Positions 30,413 through 40,030 of a stretch of 64,000 nucleotides of DNA are shown in pieces (position 1 is the first letter of the stretch; each line of letters begins with the position of its first letter). Made by a program: the position numbers and the translations under genes. The stretch is taken from assembly GCA_048270185.1 (NCBI GenBank), contig JBLWTJ010000004.1:196615-260614 (forward strand), in the 5' to 3' direction. The DNA comes from Bacteriovoracaceae bacterium (GTDB taxonomy: Bacteria; Bdellovibrionota; Bacteriovoracia; Bacteriovoracales; Bacteriovoracaceae). Under the pieces are notes generated by a model that had not been told where the DNA came from, made no database searches, and was given only the letters and a program-made list of their open reading frames with translations.

Positions 30413-30686
30413 TTGCGATAACTTTCCCATTGGCCTAGAGACAACAAAGCCGGGCTTGAACCCGGCTTGTTGAATATGTAAATTATTTCATTGCACAGAG
30501 GCCTAGCACCGCGAACAATAGACTGGCCTTGGCTGGTAAATTGTTGCGATAACTTTCCCATTGGCCTTGAGACAACAAAGCCGGGCTTGAACCCGGCTTG
30601 TTGAATATGTAAATTATTACATTGCACTGAGGCCTAGCACCGCGAACAATAGACTGGCCTTAGCCAGTCAATTTCGCGGATGCTTA
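30413..30686 (-). repeat. Structured intergenic repeat, copies B and C (two tandem 131-bp units)
   Basis: TTGCGATAACTTTCCC starts at 30413 and 30544; units near-identical; shares hairpin 1 with 24043-24095. Confidence 0.9.
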
Positions 30687-31637
30687 AAGAACTTTTTTAA
30701 GTTCTTCTTTTAGAAGAGGTACGATTTGGAAAAGATCTCCAACAATACCGTAGTCAGCTTTAGTAAAGATTGGCGCATCTGGGTCAGTGTTGATTGCAAC
30801 GATAACCTTTGATGTTCTCATCCCTGCTAAGTGCTGGATAGCTCCTGAGATACCACATGCGATGTATAGTGATGGAGCAACAGTCTTACCTGTTTGTCCA
30901 ACTTGCATAGCGTGTGGAGCGAATCCTGAGTCAACAGCGGCACGTGAAGCACCTACAGTTGCACCAAGAACCTCAGCAAGCTCTTCAAGAATTTTAAAGT
31001 TTTCAGCATTCTTCATTGCACGGCCACCTGAAACGATAATATTTGCTTCAGTAAGGTCTAGCTTCTCAGAAGCGCCTTTAACGATTTCTTTAATTGCTGC
31101 TTTGATGTCCCCTGCGTTTGCAGCAACTTCATTAGTTGCACCTGCACCTGCAGTTGGAGCTTCAGGAAGTCCAAGAGCATTTGGTCTAACTGTTACGAAA
31201 CCAGGCTTTGGTCCGTCTAGTTCAACTTTAGCTAGAACTTTACCTGCAAATAGTGGTCTTGTTCCTGCGAAGTTATCACCTTCCATAACAAAGTTAGTTA
31301 CTTCAGATGCCATACCTGCATCAAACATACCAGCTAGTCTTGGCATAAGGTCTTTTGCTAAAGAAGTTGCACCAGCAAATACGTAATCGTAGTTTGAACC
31401 GATGAATTCTTTAAGTGCGTTTGCATAACCTTCTGGTGAATACTTTTCTAAGTTAGCACCTTTTAGGTTGTGTACATTAGCTGCACCGTATTTAGCTAGG
31501 TCAGTAGCTGCGTTTGGACCCATGTCACCAACAATGGCAACATCAACGTCGTGTCCAGCAAGTTTACCTAGAATTTCAAATGTAACAGATTTAACTGATT
31601 CACCACTTGTTTCAGAAAATACTAATATTTTTGCCAT
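30684..31637 (-). CDS. etfA: Electron transfer flavoprotein alpha subunit
   Basis: VSGGR, GASRAAVD, QVGQTGK, GISGAIQH. Confidence 0.97.
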   Translation of the reverse strand: MAKILVFSETSGESVKSVTFEILGKLAGHDVDVAIVGDMGPNAATDLAKYGAANVHNLKGANLEKYSPEGYANALKEFIGSNYDYVFAGATSLAKDLMPRLAGMFDAGMASEVTNFVMEGDNFAGTRPLFAGKVLAKVELDGPKPGFVTVRPNALGLPEAPTAGAGATNEVAANAGDIKAAIKEIVKGASEKLDLTEANIIVSGGRAMKNAENFKILEELAEVLGATVGASRAAVDSGFAPHAMQVGQTGKTVAPSLYIACGISGAIQHLAGMRTSKVIVAINTDPDAPIFTKADYGIVGDLFQIVPLLKEELKKVL

Positions 31638-31649
31638 CTCTTATTCTCC

Positions 31650-32438
31650 TTAGATTACTTTAGCTTCTTCTCTTAAAAGCTTAACAACATCAGCTACAAC
31701 ACCTGCTTGAGCAGCTTCATCCATAGCATCAAACTTCTTACCAGCTGGTTTTTCTGGTGGAAGTTGAAAACCTGAATACTTAACACGACGATCGTCTGCT
31801 GTTACACCTACATCAGACAGTGAATGTTGAGCAAGAGGCTTTCTCTTTGCTTTCATAATACCTGGAAGTGAAGCATAACGAGGGCTGTTAAGTCCTTTGT
31901 TTGCAGCGATTAAAACTGGAGCAGCAACTTCGTAAACTTCTAGTGCTCCACCTTCTACTTCTCTTTTAAGAGTGTAAGTACCACTTGCTTCTTCACACCC
32001 ATCAACAACTGATACTGATGGCATACCTAGCATTTGAGCTAGAAGTTGTGGAACCTGTAGACAGTCATCATCAATAGCTTGTTTACCAGTGAAGATAACA
32101 TCTGGAGTTTTGCCTGATTTTTCAATCGCACCTTTAAGCGCTTTTGCTGTCATGTAAGAATCTAAGTTATCGTCAGCTTCTACTAGGATTGCATCATCCG
32201 CACCCATAGCTAGAGCTGTTCTTAGAGCTTCTGTGTCTTTAACACCACCAACTCTTACAACAGTTACAGTAGAACCACTGTTAGCTGCTTTAGTAAGAAG
32301 TGCTTGTTCTACAGCGAACTCATCATATGGGTTCATGATCCATTTGATTGATGAAGTTTCGATGTAAGATCCGTCTCCGTTTGGAGTAATTTTAGTTTCC
32401 GTATCTGGAACTTGTTTTATACATACAAAAATATTCAA
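31650..32438 (-). CDS. etfB: Electron transfer flavoprotein beta subunit
   Basis: CIKQVPD, NPYDEFAVE, GKQAIDDD, PRYASL; TTG start. Confidence 0.97.
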   Translation of the reverse strand: MNIFVCIKQVPDTETKITPNGDGSYIETSSIKWIMNPYDEFAVEQALLTKAANSGSTVTVVRVGGVKDTEALRTALAMGADDAILVEADDNLDSYMTAKALKGAIEKSGKTPDVIFTGKQAIDDDCLQVPQLLAQMLGMPSVSVVDGCEEASGTYTLKREVEGGALEVYEVAAPVLIAANKGLNSPRYASLPGIMKAKRKPLAQHSLSDVGVTADDRRVKYSGFQLPPEKPAGKKFDAMDEAAQAGVVADVVKLLREEAKVI

Positions 32439-32440
32439 TT

Positions 32441-33586
32441 TTAGCTCCTTGTAAATATTTCTTTAGCAATAACTAATCTTTGTATTTGTGATGTGCCTTC
32501 ATATATTTGAATGAGTTTGGCGTCTCTCATTATCTTTTCAACTGGGTACTCTTTACTGTAGCCGTAACCACCAAAAACTTGCACGGCATCAGTTGCAACT
32601 TTCATAAACATATCAGCAGCTTTAGCCTTTGAGTATGATGAAAGTTCTGGATTTGGTGTCCCATTATCAATGGCCCAAGCAGCTTTCTGAACGAGAAGTC
32701 TTGAAGCTTCGATTTCAATCCCCATATCAGCTATCATCATTTGAATAGCTTGATGACGAGAAATAGGAACGCCAAACTGTACTCTTTCACCTGCATACTT
32801 TACCGCGTGATCCATTGCACATTGTGCTCCACCAACTGCAGAGCTTGCAACCATAGGCCTTGAGTGATTTAAAGTGGCCATTGCAATAGACCAGCCTTCA
32901 CCAACTCCACCGAGTATATTCTCTTTTGGAACTTTTACATTTGTAAACGTTACTGCTCTCGTGTCAGAACAACGGTGTCCCATTTTATTTTCTTTTTCAC
33001 CGAGTTCAATTCCCTCGGCCTTTCCATCGACAACTAAAGCGGTAATACCTTTGTGCTTAAGTGAAGTGTCGACAGTTGCGTAAACAACAAATAGATCAGC
33101 ATAGCCGGCATTTGTAATCCACATTTTATTTCCATTAAGAATATAGTGATCACCATCTTCTTTAATAGTTGTTTTAATTCCAGCGGCATCTGATCCATTA
33201 CCTGGTTCTGTTAAACAGAATGCGGCAATTTTATAATCTTCAGTAAATGGAGTTAAGAATTTCTTCTTTTGCTCATCACTACCACCAATGACAATTGGAA
33301 GAAGAGCAAGATCGTTTGCCATGATGGCCGTATTCATTCCAAGACATCCGTAGGCCAGTGCTTCAGTGATAATCATTGAATCGATAGTAGAAAAACCTGC
33401 ACCACCATATTCAGCTGGAATACATGTATTAACGAGTCCAAGCTCCCATGCTTGTCGCAAAATATTTAACGGCATTTGTGCTTTTTCGTCAAACTCTAAT
33501 GCATGAGGCATCATTTCATTTTTTGCAAATTTCATTGCAAGTTCACGAATTTCTTTTTGCTCAGAAGTTAATTCAAAGTTGATCAT
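32441..33586 (-). CDS. Acyl-CoA dehydrogenase
   Basis: FCLTEPGNGSD, NGNKMWITN, FGGYGY, IYEGTSQIQR. Confidence 0.95.
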   Translation of the reverse strand: MINFELTSEQKEIRELAMKFAKNEMMPHALEFDEKAQMPLNILRQAWELGLVNTCIPAEYGGAGFSTIDSMIITEALAYGCLGMNTAIMANDLALLPIVIGGSDEQKKKFLTPFTEDYKIAAFCLTEPGNGSDAAGIKTTIKEDGDHYILNGNKMWITNAGYADLFVVYATVDTSLKHKGITALVVDGKAEGIELGEKENKMGHRCSDTRAVTFTNVKVPKENILGGVGEGWSIAMATLNHSRPMVASSAVGGAQCAMDHAVKYAGERVQFGVPISRHQAIQMMIADMGIEIEASRLLVQKAAWAIDNGTPNPELSSYSKAKAADMFMKVATDAVQVFGGYGYSKEYPVEKIMRDAKLIQIYEGTSQIQRLVIAKEIFTRS

Positions 33587-33662
33587 GATAGTACCCGATG
33601 GTTAAGTGCTCTTTATTATAAGGCTCATCCGCGCATTTAGTAAATAGGCAATAGGGTAACAT

Positions 33663-34133
33663 TTATGAGTTGAGTGGTGTTGCATCATGATTATCTAAAT
33701 CAATAATCTTGAAAGTTTTCTGATAAAAACTAAATGAAGGTAGATCCATGATGGGGCGCAGTACAAAACTTCGTTTGCGAAATTCTTTATGAGGAATCTC
33801 TAGACGTTCATCTTTGTGATTGATTGCATCAATGAAGATAATATCAATATCAATTTCACGAGGGCCCCAATGATAGCGTCTGACTCGTCCGATTTTCTTC
33901 TCTATAGATTGGCAGATCTCTAGTACTTCTATTGGCGTATAATTCTTTACTGTGTCGATTTCAACAGCAACATTGTAGAAGTAGTCCTGGTTTTGTGGCC
34001 CGTAAGGAGGAGAATGATAAAACCGGCTTATGACTGCCTTTGTTTGAAAATAGGACTCTACTAATTCGATGGCCGCAAATATTTGAGCTTTTCGCTCACC
34101 TATATTGGAGCCTAGTGATAGAATGATTTTCAT
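33663..34133 (-). CDS. folK: 6-hydroxymethyl-7,8-dihydropterin pyrophosphokinase
   Basis: LSLGSNIG, WGPREIDIDI, IPH, RSFVL. Confidence 0.95.
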   Translation of the reverse strand: MKIILSLGSNIGERKAQIFAAIELVESYFQTKAVISRFYHSPPYGPQNQDYFYNVAVEIDTVKNYTPIEVLEICQSIEKKIGRVRRYHWGPREIDIDIIFIDAINHKDERLEIPHKEFRKRSFVLRPIMDLPSFSFYQKTFKIIDLDNHDATPLNS

Positions 34134-34318
34134 TCACTCTTCTTTTTATTTTCTTGATCTTGTTCGGTTGTCAATTTCTTACTCATACCAGGGCGTAATA
34201 CTTTCTTATGTTGTTCAACAAATGATGGAAAATTATTATTCTTAGGTTTTGGTGGAGCCTTAACGCCACAAGAAACGATTAAAGTTGAAATGAAGATGAT
34301 TTTAAAACTCAAGTGCAA
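34130..34318 (-). CDS. Small lipoprotein, LptM/YifL-like
   Basis: Lipobox IVSC followed by GVKAPPKP (CGxKxP-type motif). Confidence 0.55.
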   Translation of the reverse strand: MHLSFKIIFISTLIVSCGVKAPPKPKNNNFPSFVEQHKKVLRPGMSKKLTTEQDQENKKKSE

Positions 34319-35249
34319 GGCTTGCTCCCATGATATCAGTTCCTACATCAACTCTGACAAACCAACCAGGAACGAGTCTTTTAAAAGCTGTGACACCAAA
34401 AACAGGCTCATTCTCTTCGACACTTGCTATAAGGTCAAGTTCTCTTTGTGCTTGGGTCTGACCTACAGATGTAACATCACCGGCTCCAGGGCTACTTGCG
34501 GTAGCAAATTTGTATCCAATATATGGCATGAAGACAGTATAAAGAGGGCCATCAAAAGCATATTTAGCTCTAAAAATATATTGATTAACTGCGGTATCAA
34601 TGTCTTCAGAAGGGAAGGCCTTTATAAGGTGGCGACCAATGAATCCCTCAATCCATATATTCTTTTCAACCTGAAAAGACCAAGCGGCGTTATACTGTGT
34701 ATTTGTATCTTCTTTACCTGCTGAATTAAAACCATCAACGAGAGCAATACCTACGGAAGCAATATTGTCATTCTTGATAACTCCAGTTTGTTTTTCTTCA
34801 TCACCATATAAATCTTCTTCTAACAAAGTAGTATCATCATAAAGTGATTCACTATCTGTGATTTTAAACTCAGAGCTTTCTTGATTATTATTCTTACCGT
34901 AATTTGAGTCATCACCACGTAGAACTTCGATATCTTGATTAATAAAAATACCATTATAAAGCTCTTCGTTATAAATCTTTGTTACTTTTATCGCAGCCTG
35001 ACTATCTTCTTGTTTTGGTACAACCCCCCTAACCATAGGCACTTTATTAACCATGATTGTGATGTAGTCACCTTTTGCGAAACTATCTTGATTGTTTGAA
35101 ATAACAATAATACGTTTCGTCCCAGATAAGCGAAGAACTTTCTCTTTAGCTAAATCAAAGTTTGTACTATTTGAGAAATCACTAATAGGTGATTGAGCAA
35201 AAATAGTAACTGACAAAATAAGTGTAGTAATAAGTTTTATCAATAGCAT
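34302..35249 (-). CDS. Hypothetical outer-membrane protein
   Basis: Signal peptide, C-terminal beta strands ending LALEF. Confidence 0.65.
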   Translation of the reverse strand: MLLIKLITTLILSVTIFAQSPISDFSNSTNFDLAKEKVLRLSGTKRIIVISNNQDSFAKGDYITIMVNKVPMVRGVVPKQEDSQAAIKVTKIYNEELYNGIFINQDIEVLRGDDSNYGKNNNQESSEFKITDSESLYDDTTLLEEDLYGDEEKQTGVIKNDNIASVGIALVDGFNSAGKEDTNTQYNAAWSFQVEKNIWIEGFIGRHLIKAFPSEDIDTAVNQYIFRAKYAFDGPLYTVFMPYIGYKFATASSPGAGDVTSVGQTQAQRELDLIASVEENEPVFGVTAFKRLVPGWFVRVDVGTDIMGASLALEF

Positions 35250-35299
35250 ACGGAAAAATTGTACATCGCAAGAATAAAATAGTCTAGGCGGTTAATATT

Positions 35300-35326
35300 T
35301 AACTATATACAGAATTAAACCGATAG
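35300..35326 (+). promoter_or_regulatory. Putative sigma-28 promoter
   Basis: TAAC-N15-ACCGATAG. Confidence 0.5.
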
Positions 35327-35367
35327 ATAAATGAATGAAAAATTACTATCAAAAGGGGTACTGTACC

Positions 35368-36027
35368 ATGAAAAAAATATTTGTTTTATTTCTAGTTACA
35401 CTATTATCACTGACATTTACTTCTTGTTCTAATAACGAGAAAGCAAGTGATGAAGTTGCACAAGCAGAATCAGCTGAAGAGGTATCAATTGATGACTCTG
35501 ACTTTGTTGTTGATGCAAACGATGACTTAGACTCATTAGCTGCAGGGGAAGGACAAGCAGTAGTAGCCGAAGAATCGATGGCCATTGCAGCAACTCCAGA
35601 GGGTGATGTACTGTTAGAAGAAAACGTTCAACTAGAAAAAGACGTAGTAATTTCAAATAATGAAGTTTATGAAGTTCAAAAAGGTGAAACACTAATGTGG
35701 ATTGCTTTTAAACTTTATGGTGACTATAGAAAGTGGCGAGATATTCAAGCAATGAATCAAGATGTACTTGCCGATGGACTTCAAGCAGGAGATCAAATCA
35801 AGTATCAAAGTGGTCAGTTCAATTGGAATCCAGTAGGTCTACCTCACTTAATTAGAAATGGTGAAACTCTTGGAGTTATTTCAAAAGATAAGTATGGTAC
35901 ACCAGCTAAGTGGAGATCAATTTGGGATAACAATAGAGATATGATTAAAGATCCAAACTTAATTTTTGCTGGTTTCACTCTTTACTACGTACCAGAAGAA
36001 AGAGATGTTGCTTCCAGCCCGATGTAA
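35368..36027 (+). CDS. LysM-domain lipoprotein (two LysM repeats)
   Basis: AAGGGG RBS, lipobox FTSC, YEVQKGETLMWIA and HLIRNGETLGVIS...IWDNN..IKDPNLI. Confidence 0.9.
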   Translation: MKKIFVLFLVTLLSLTFTSCSNNEKASDEVAQAESAEEVSIDDSDFVVDANDDLDSLAAGEGQAVVAEESMAIAATPEGDVLLEENVQLEKDVVISNNEVYEVQKGETLMWIAFKLYGDYRKWRDIQAMNQDVLADGLQAGDQIKYQSGQFNWNPVGLPHLIRNGETLGVISKDKYGTPAKWRSIWDNNRDMIKDPNLIFAGFTLYYVPEERDVASSPM

Positions 36028-36056
36028 TTAGTGTATAATAACTAAGTTATGTATAT

Positions 36057-36083
36057 AGAGCTCTCTTAATGAGAGCTTTTTTT
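36057..36083 (+). terminator. Intrinsic terminator
   Basis: AGCTCTC TTAAT GAGAGCT followed by T-tract. Confidence 0.85.
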
Positions 36084-36090
36084 ATTTATT

Positions 36091-36846
36091 ATGAAAAAGA
36101 TTATCACTCTTACACTTTTGTTTTTTATGTCGTCTTGCACTTATCTTTATAAGAAAGATGCGACATATCCATATGGGCACCAAGATAAGTTTAGTTCTGA
36201 AGATTATCTTAATCATTTAGAAGGAATTGCAGACCTTTTCATTAAAAATAATAAAGTTAGAAAATTAAATTCTCGTTCCCAGCAATATCTTAATAAAATG
36301 GCCCGTGAATTATACTTGAATAATCAAGGCCTTTTTCAAAAGGATGATGTTGGAATAAACTTTTATATAGTTGATGATAAAAGAAATTTCTACTTCTCAC
36401 TTCCAAAGCAAAATGTCTTTATGTCTAAAGGTCTTCTAAAAAACTTCATGAATAGTGAAAATATTTTTGCGGCCGTTCTTTTAGGGGAATTAATCAGAAG
36501 TAAAATTGGAATTTATAAGAAGAATAAATTGATACCGCTGAACTCATATACAATTGAAGATATGATTCGTATAAATCGACTAGAACTAAGTGCAAAACGT
36601 GAACTAAATAATCTTGTCTATGATGTCCTAAAGAAATCTGGATATGATCCAGAGGCCAGACTGTTATGGCTGCAAACCCTTAACAGACAGTCTATTAGCT
36701 TTAGTGTTCAGGATGTACACTCACACGAATTATCAAAAGAAGAATTTTTACTTAAAAACTATATGGTTAGAAGTGCTAAGGATGAGAATGCTATCTTTGA
36801 AAAGAACTCATCAAGACAATTCTATTATTTCAAAGAAAGTATTTAA
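36091..36846 (+). CDS. Lipoprotein with degenerate M48 peptidase-like fold
   Basis: Lipobox MSSC; AAVLLGEL and SGYDP echo M48 but HExxH is absent. Confidence 0.6.
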   Translation: MKKIITLTLLFFMSSCTYLYKKDATYPYGHQDKFSSEDYLNHLEGIADLFIKNNKVRKLNSRSQQYLNKMARELYLNNQGLFQKDDVGINFYIVDDKRNFYFSLPKQNVFMSKGLLKNFMNSENIFAAVLLGELIRSKIGIYKKNKLIPLNSYTIEDMIRINRLELSAKRELNNLVYDVLKKSGYDPEARLLWLQTLNRQSISFSVQDVHSHELSKEEFLLKNYMVRSAKDENAIFEKNSSRQFYYFKESI

Positions 36847-36847
36847 A

Positions 36848-37792
36848 ATGAATGAAGAACAGATTAAGGCAAAACTTTTAGAGAATAAGCTTTGTACACC
36901 TATGTGTCAGCTTTCTAAGTTATCTGGAGACGCTTCTAGTAGGGAGTATTATCGTCTACAATCAACTGATGACAGTAAGATTGTTTGTGTTGAATCAGCT
37001 GATGGTCAACAGTCTTCTGATTTTAATCTGATTACTTCGTTAATTAATAAGAAAATAAAAACACCTGAAATTCTCTATTATGATAAGAACTTTTCAATTT
37101 TAGTTCTTGAGGATGTAGGTGATGTGTCATTAAAAGATTATTTCTTAAAAGAAGGTCTTGCTTTCCATTTGCAGGCGATTAGGGATATCAAGAAATATCA
37201 AGATCTCGAGTTGTCAGTATGTCAAAATCGAATATTTGATCGTGAAAAAATAGGGTTTGAATTCGATTTAGCCTGCAATTTTTTTATCAAGCAACATGCT
37301 AATATTGTGCTTTCAGAAAATGAAGAAGGTATTGTTCAACAGGTAAGAGAGTTTATTATTGAGTTTTATGAGAATCATAGACAAGTTGTTTGCCATCGTG
37401 ATTATCATTCTAATAATCTCTATGTAAAAGATGATGAATTGTTTCATATCGATTATCAAGACATGAGAGTAGGGCCTAGGTTTTATGATTTAGTTTCACT
37501 CGTTGATGACTGTTATATTGATTTCTCAGATGAACAACGAGAATCTTTATTAAATGCATTTGAAGATAATTTCATTGATAAGAATGCTTATGAATATCAC
37601 ATTGTTCAAGTGCAAAGAACTTTTAAAGCACTTGGGAGTTTTGCATTCCTTAATATAGAAAAAGGTAAGCCTGGCTATCTTGTTCATATCCCAAGTAATA
37701 TTAAAAAATTACAAAAGATTTTAAAAGAAAGTGAAATTGCTTGTTTTAGATCGTTTTCTAAAATTTTAGAAAGAGGTCAATATGCTGCTTAA
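36848..37792 (+). CDS. amgK: Anomeric MurNAc/GlcNAc kinase (APH family)
   Basis: GDASSREYYR, HRDYHSNNL, IDYQD, YDLVSL, QRTFKALGSF; adjacent to a nucleotidyltransferase; start reassigned to ATG 36848. Confidence 0.8.
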   Translation: MNEEQIKAKLLENKLCTPMCQLSKLSGDASSREYYRLQSTDDSKIVCVESADGQQSSDFNLITSLINKKIKTPEILYYDKNFSILVLEDVGDVSLKDYFLKEGLAFHLQAIRDIKKYQDLELSVCQNRIFDREKIGFEFDLACNFFIKQHANIVLSENEEGIVQQVREFIIEFYENHRQVVCHRDYHSNNLYVKDDELFHIDYQDMRVGPRFYDLVSLVDDCYIDFSDEQRESLLNAFEDNFIDKNAYEYHIVQVQRTFKALGSFAFLNIEKGKPGYLVHIPSNIKKLQKILKESEIACFRSFSKILERGQYAA

Positions 37793-38621
37793 GACATGCT
37801 TTATCGCAAGTGCTGGCTTTGGTACACGAATGGGTGCTCTTGGAAAGATTATCCCTAAACCATTGTGGCCTTTCTTTAATATGAGAATGTTAGATTTACA
37901 AGTTGAGTATGTAAGAAAACTTGGATGTGAAAACATTTTTATCAATTCTCATCATTGTCATGAAGAAATGCAGGTGTGGCTTGAAAAGAAAAATGATCCG
38001 ACTATTACCTTAATACATGAGCCTCAAATACTTGGTAGTGGTGGGTGTATTCATAACTTAAAAAATTATATTCATGATGAAATCATTTTGATCATCAATT
38101 CTGATCAATTCTATTTCTTTGACTTTGCTACAATAAGTACTTCTATCCAAGAGATGATTCAGAGAAAGGCTGTCGCGCATTTATTTGCCATCGAAGTCGA
38201 TGCTAATGCCTCTTATAATGAAACAGTTGTCAAAGATGGTACTCTTGTTGATATTGCTCCACATGAAGGGCAATTAAATTACCTTACTTATTCAGGAGTA
38301 GGTATTATTGACTTAAGTCGTGTTAAGTATGTTGAAGGTGAATCTTCTTTCTTTAAGACTGTGTGTGATTATAAGAATCATAAAGTCTTGATGAAGCTTC
38401 CTGTTAATCCAACATTTTTGGATCTAGGGACGCTTGATAAATATATTGATGTTATTTCAAATCTGGACTTGCTTCCTCAGGTAATTAAAGATTTTTTACT
38501 TAATGTGGATGGACTTAAGGTCGACGAATTTAAGAAAAGCTCACACTTTAGTTGGGATGGAATTGGCTTTAATTTAGATCAGCGAGTTATTGAATATCGG
38601 GGGAAGACTTACTCTTTCTGA
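37782..38621 (+). CDS. murU: Nucleotidyltransferase, MurU-like
   Basis: AGFGTRM...PKPL, EP.ILGSGG, INSD, YSGV, DLGT. Confidence 0.75.
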   Translation: MLLKTCFIASAGFGTRMGALGKIIPKPLWPFFNMRMLDLQVEYVRKLGCENIFINSHHCHEEMQVWLEKKNDPTITLIHEPQILGSGGCIHNLKNYIHDEIILIINSDQFYFFDFATISTSIQEMIQRKAVAHLFAIEVDANASYNETVVKDGTLVDIAPHEGQLNYLTYSGVGIIDLSRVKYVEGESSFFKTVCDYKNHKVLMKLPVNPTFLDLGTLDKYIDVISNLDLLPQVIKDFLLNVDGLKVDEFKKSSHFSWDGIGFNLDQRVIEYRGKTYSF

Positions 38622-38797
38622 GCGATTTCTTTGATGCAGTCTACTGGACAAACTAGAGTACAGGCATTACATAACGTACAGGCCCAAGGCTCGATCGTGT
38701 ACTTACCTTTATCCATAAAGATTGCTTTTTCTGGGCAAATTAGCCTGCAGTTATCACACTCTATACAACGTGAAGAAATTTCGAGATAATAGTCCAT
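38609..38797 (-). CDS. 2x[4Fe-4S] ferredoxin
   Basis: CIECDNCRLICP and CTLCNACTLVCP; start at MDYY. Confidence 0.9.
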   Translation of the reverse strand: MDYYLEISSRCIECDNCRLICPEKAIFMDKGKYTIEPWACTLCNACTLVCPVDCIKEIAQKE

Positions 38798-38836
38798 ATA
38801 TTGATTATAGCAAATTTTAAAAATTAAAGGGAAGAA

Positions 38837-39541
38837 GTGCACAATACGGACACATTGACATTCAAATTGCTAAATATCCTTTTTGTGATATTTTCTTTGT
38901 TTTTTCTTCATACTTGCTATTCACTTGATGCGGATGTATCGGCCATTGATCTTGACCGCTTTATAGGAATCATTACAACGTATAAAATCACAAGTGCTCT
39001 CGCACTGTTCTTGATATTTAAAATTCTATATATGGGAGAGCTATCAGTAGTTGTTCTTTCTGTTTTTGTTTTAAATATATTTTATAAGGTTTTCTCTCTT
39101 TTTTTAGTTGAATACGACAAGATCATTTTATTAATGGCCGTCATCTTTTTACTGGTTTCTTATAATATGATCCTTCTTTTAAAAGAAGAGTTAGCGCAAG
39201 CTATATTCAGCCCAAAGTTTAATCGTGAAAACTTTAATTTTGATCGATATTGTACCTTAGAAGGAAGTGTTTATCTCACTTCTGGATCATGTGTTCCTGT
39301 AAAGGTCGCTAATTGCGATGATAAAGGAATTGTTATTTTCACTGAAGAGAAAATTTCTAAGGGTGAAACAGTTGAGTTTGAATTGATCTATGAAGGTAAT
39401 AAATTTAGCGATATTTTCTGTGTTGAACTGGTTTACCCAAATGGCTATGGACTAAAATTATTATCTCAAACTTCAAAGAATAACTTCAATTGGATAACAC
39501 TTTTTAACATCCTCAAAAGAAGAGGAATTGTTTCTTATTAG
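38837..39541 (+). CDS. Membrane protein with possible C-terminal PilZ-like domain
   Basis: Four TM helices, then R...NCDDKG...YGLK beta domain. Confidence 0.55.
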   Translation: MHNTDTLTFKLLNILFVIFSLFFLHTCYSLDADVSAIDLDRFIGIITTYKITSALALFLIFKILYMGELSVVVLSVFVLNIFYKVFSLFLVEYDKIILLMAVIFLLVSYNMILLLKEELAQAIFSPKFNRENFNFDRYCTLEGSVYLTSGSCVPVKVANCDDKGIVIFTEEKISKGETVEFELIYEGNKFSDIFCVELVYPNGYGLKLLSQTSKNNFNWITLFNILKRRGIVSY

Positions 39542-39563
39542 AAACGAAATTAAAGGATTTAAT

Positions 39564-39992
39564 ATGTTTAAGTATCTTATCGTTCTCCTTCTGCTCTTTT
39601 CATGTAATTCAAATAACTCGCCGGAAGGAGTTCTAAGAAACTTCATCGATAAGCGCTTAAATGATGAAATGAAAGTAGATGATCTTAAAGATTATTTAAC
39701 GGGGGAATTACTTGAGGAGTACACTCAGGCAATGGGAGAAGATCCTAATAAATTAAATGAATCGAATAAGTTCGCTGACACAAAATTAGCTATCGTTTAT
39801 AAGAACTGCTCGGCAGATGAATGTTCCATAACATATTCACTAAGTTACAACGCTGAAGCTACTGATGATAAGACAAAGCAAGATGTGAATGTTTCTGTGA
39901 AGAAAATTGCTCTAATCATCAAAGTTGAAGATAAGTGGTTTATCTCAGATATTAGTGATGTGAAATCATACTATGAGTTTAAAGAGCAGTAA
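39564..39992 (+). CDS. Hypothetical lipoprotein
   Basis: AAGGA RBS, lipobox LFSC, SPEGVL, KWFISDI. Confidence 0.7.
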   Translation: MFKYLIVLLLLFSCNSNNSPEGVLRNFIDKRLNDEMKVDDLKDYLTGELLEEYTQAMGEDPNKLNESNKFADTKLAIVYKNCSADECSITYSLSYNAEATDDKTKQDVNVSVKKIALIIKVEDKWFISDISDVKSYYEFKEQ

Positions 39993-39996
39993 TAAT

Positions 39997-40023
39997 TAAG
40001 ATTTATTATTAGTTTTCCGATAA
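39997..40023 (+). promoter_or_regulatory. Putative sigma-28 promoter
   Basis: TAAG-N15-TCCGATAA, 7 nt before ATG 40031. Confidence 0.55.
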
Positions 40024-40030
40024 ATTCTAC

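Noticed and set aside
30397..30627. 76-aa ORF, and the overlapping ORF 30267-30473
   Set aside because: Products of the tandem repeat and terminator sequence; no recognisable protein features.
30413..30686. CRISPR array
   Set aside because: Only two long near-identical units, no unique spacers and no cas genes.
30787..31386. 199-aa antisense ORF over etfA, and similar shadow ORFs (2712-3074, 4682-5017, 34290-34724)
   Set aside because: They lie opposite or within better-supported genes and have no motifs of their own.
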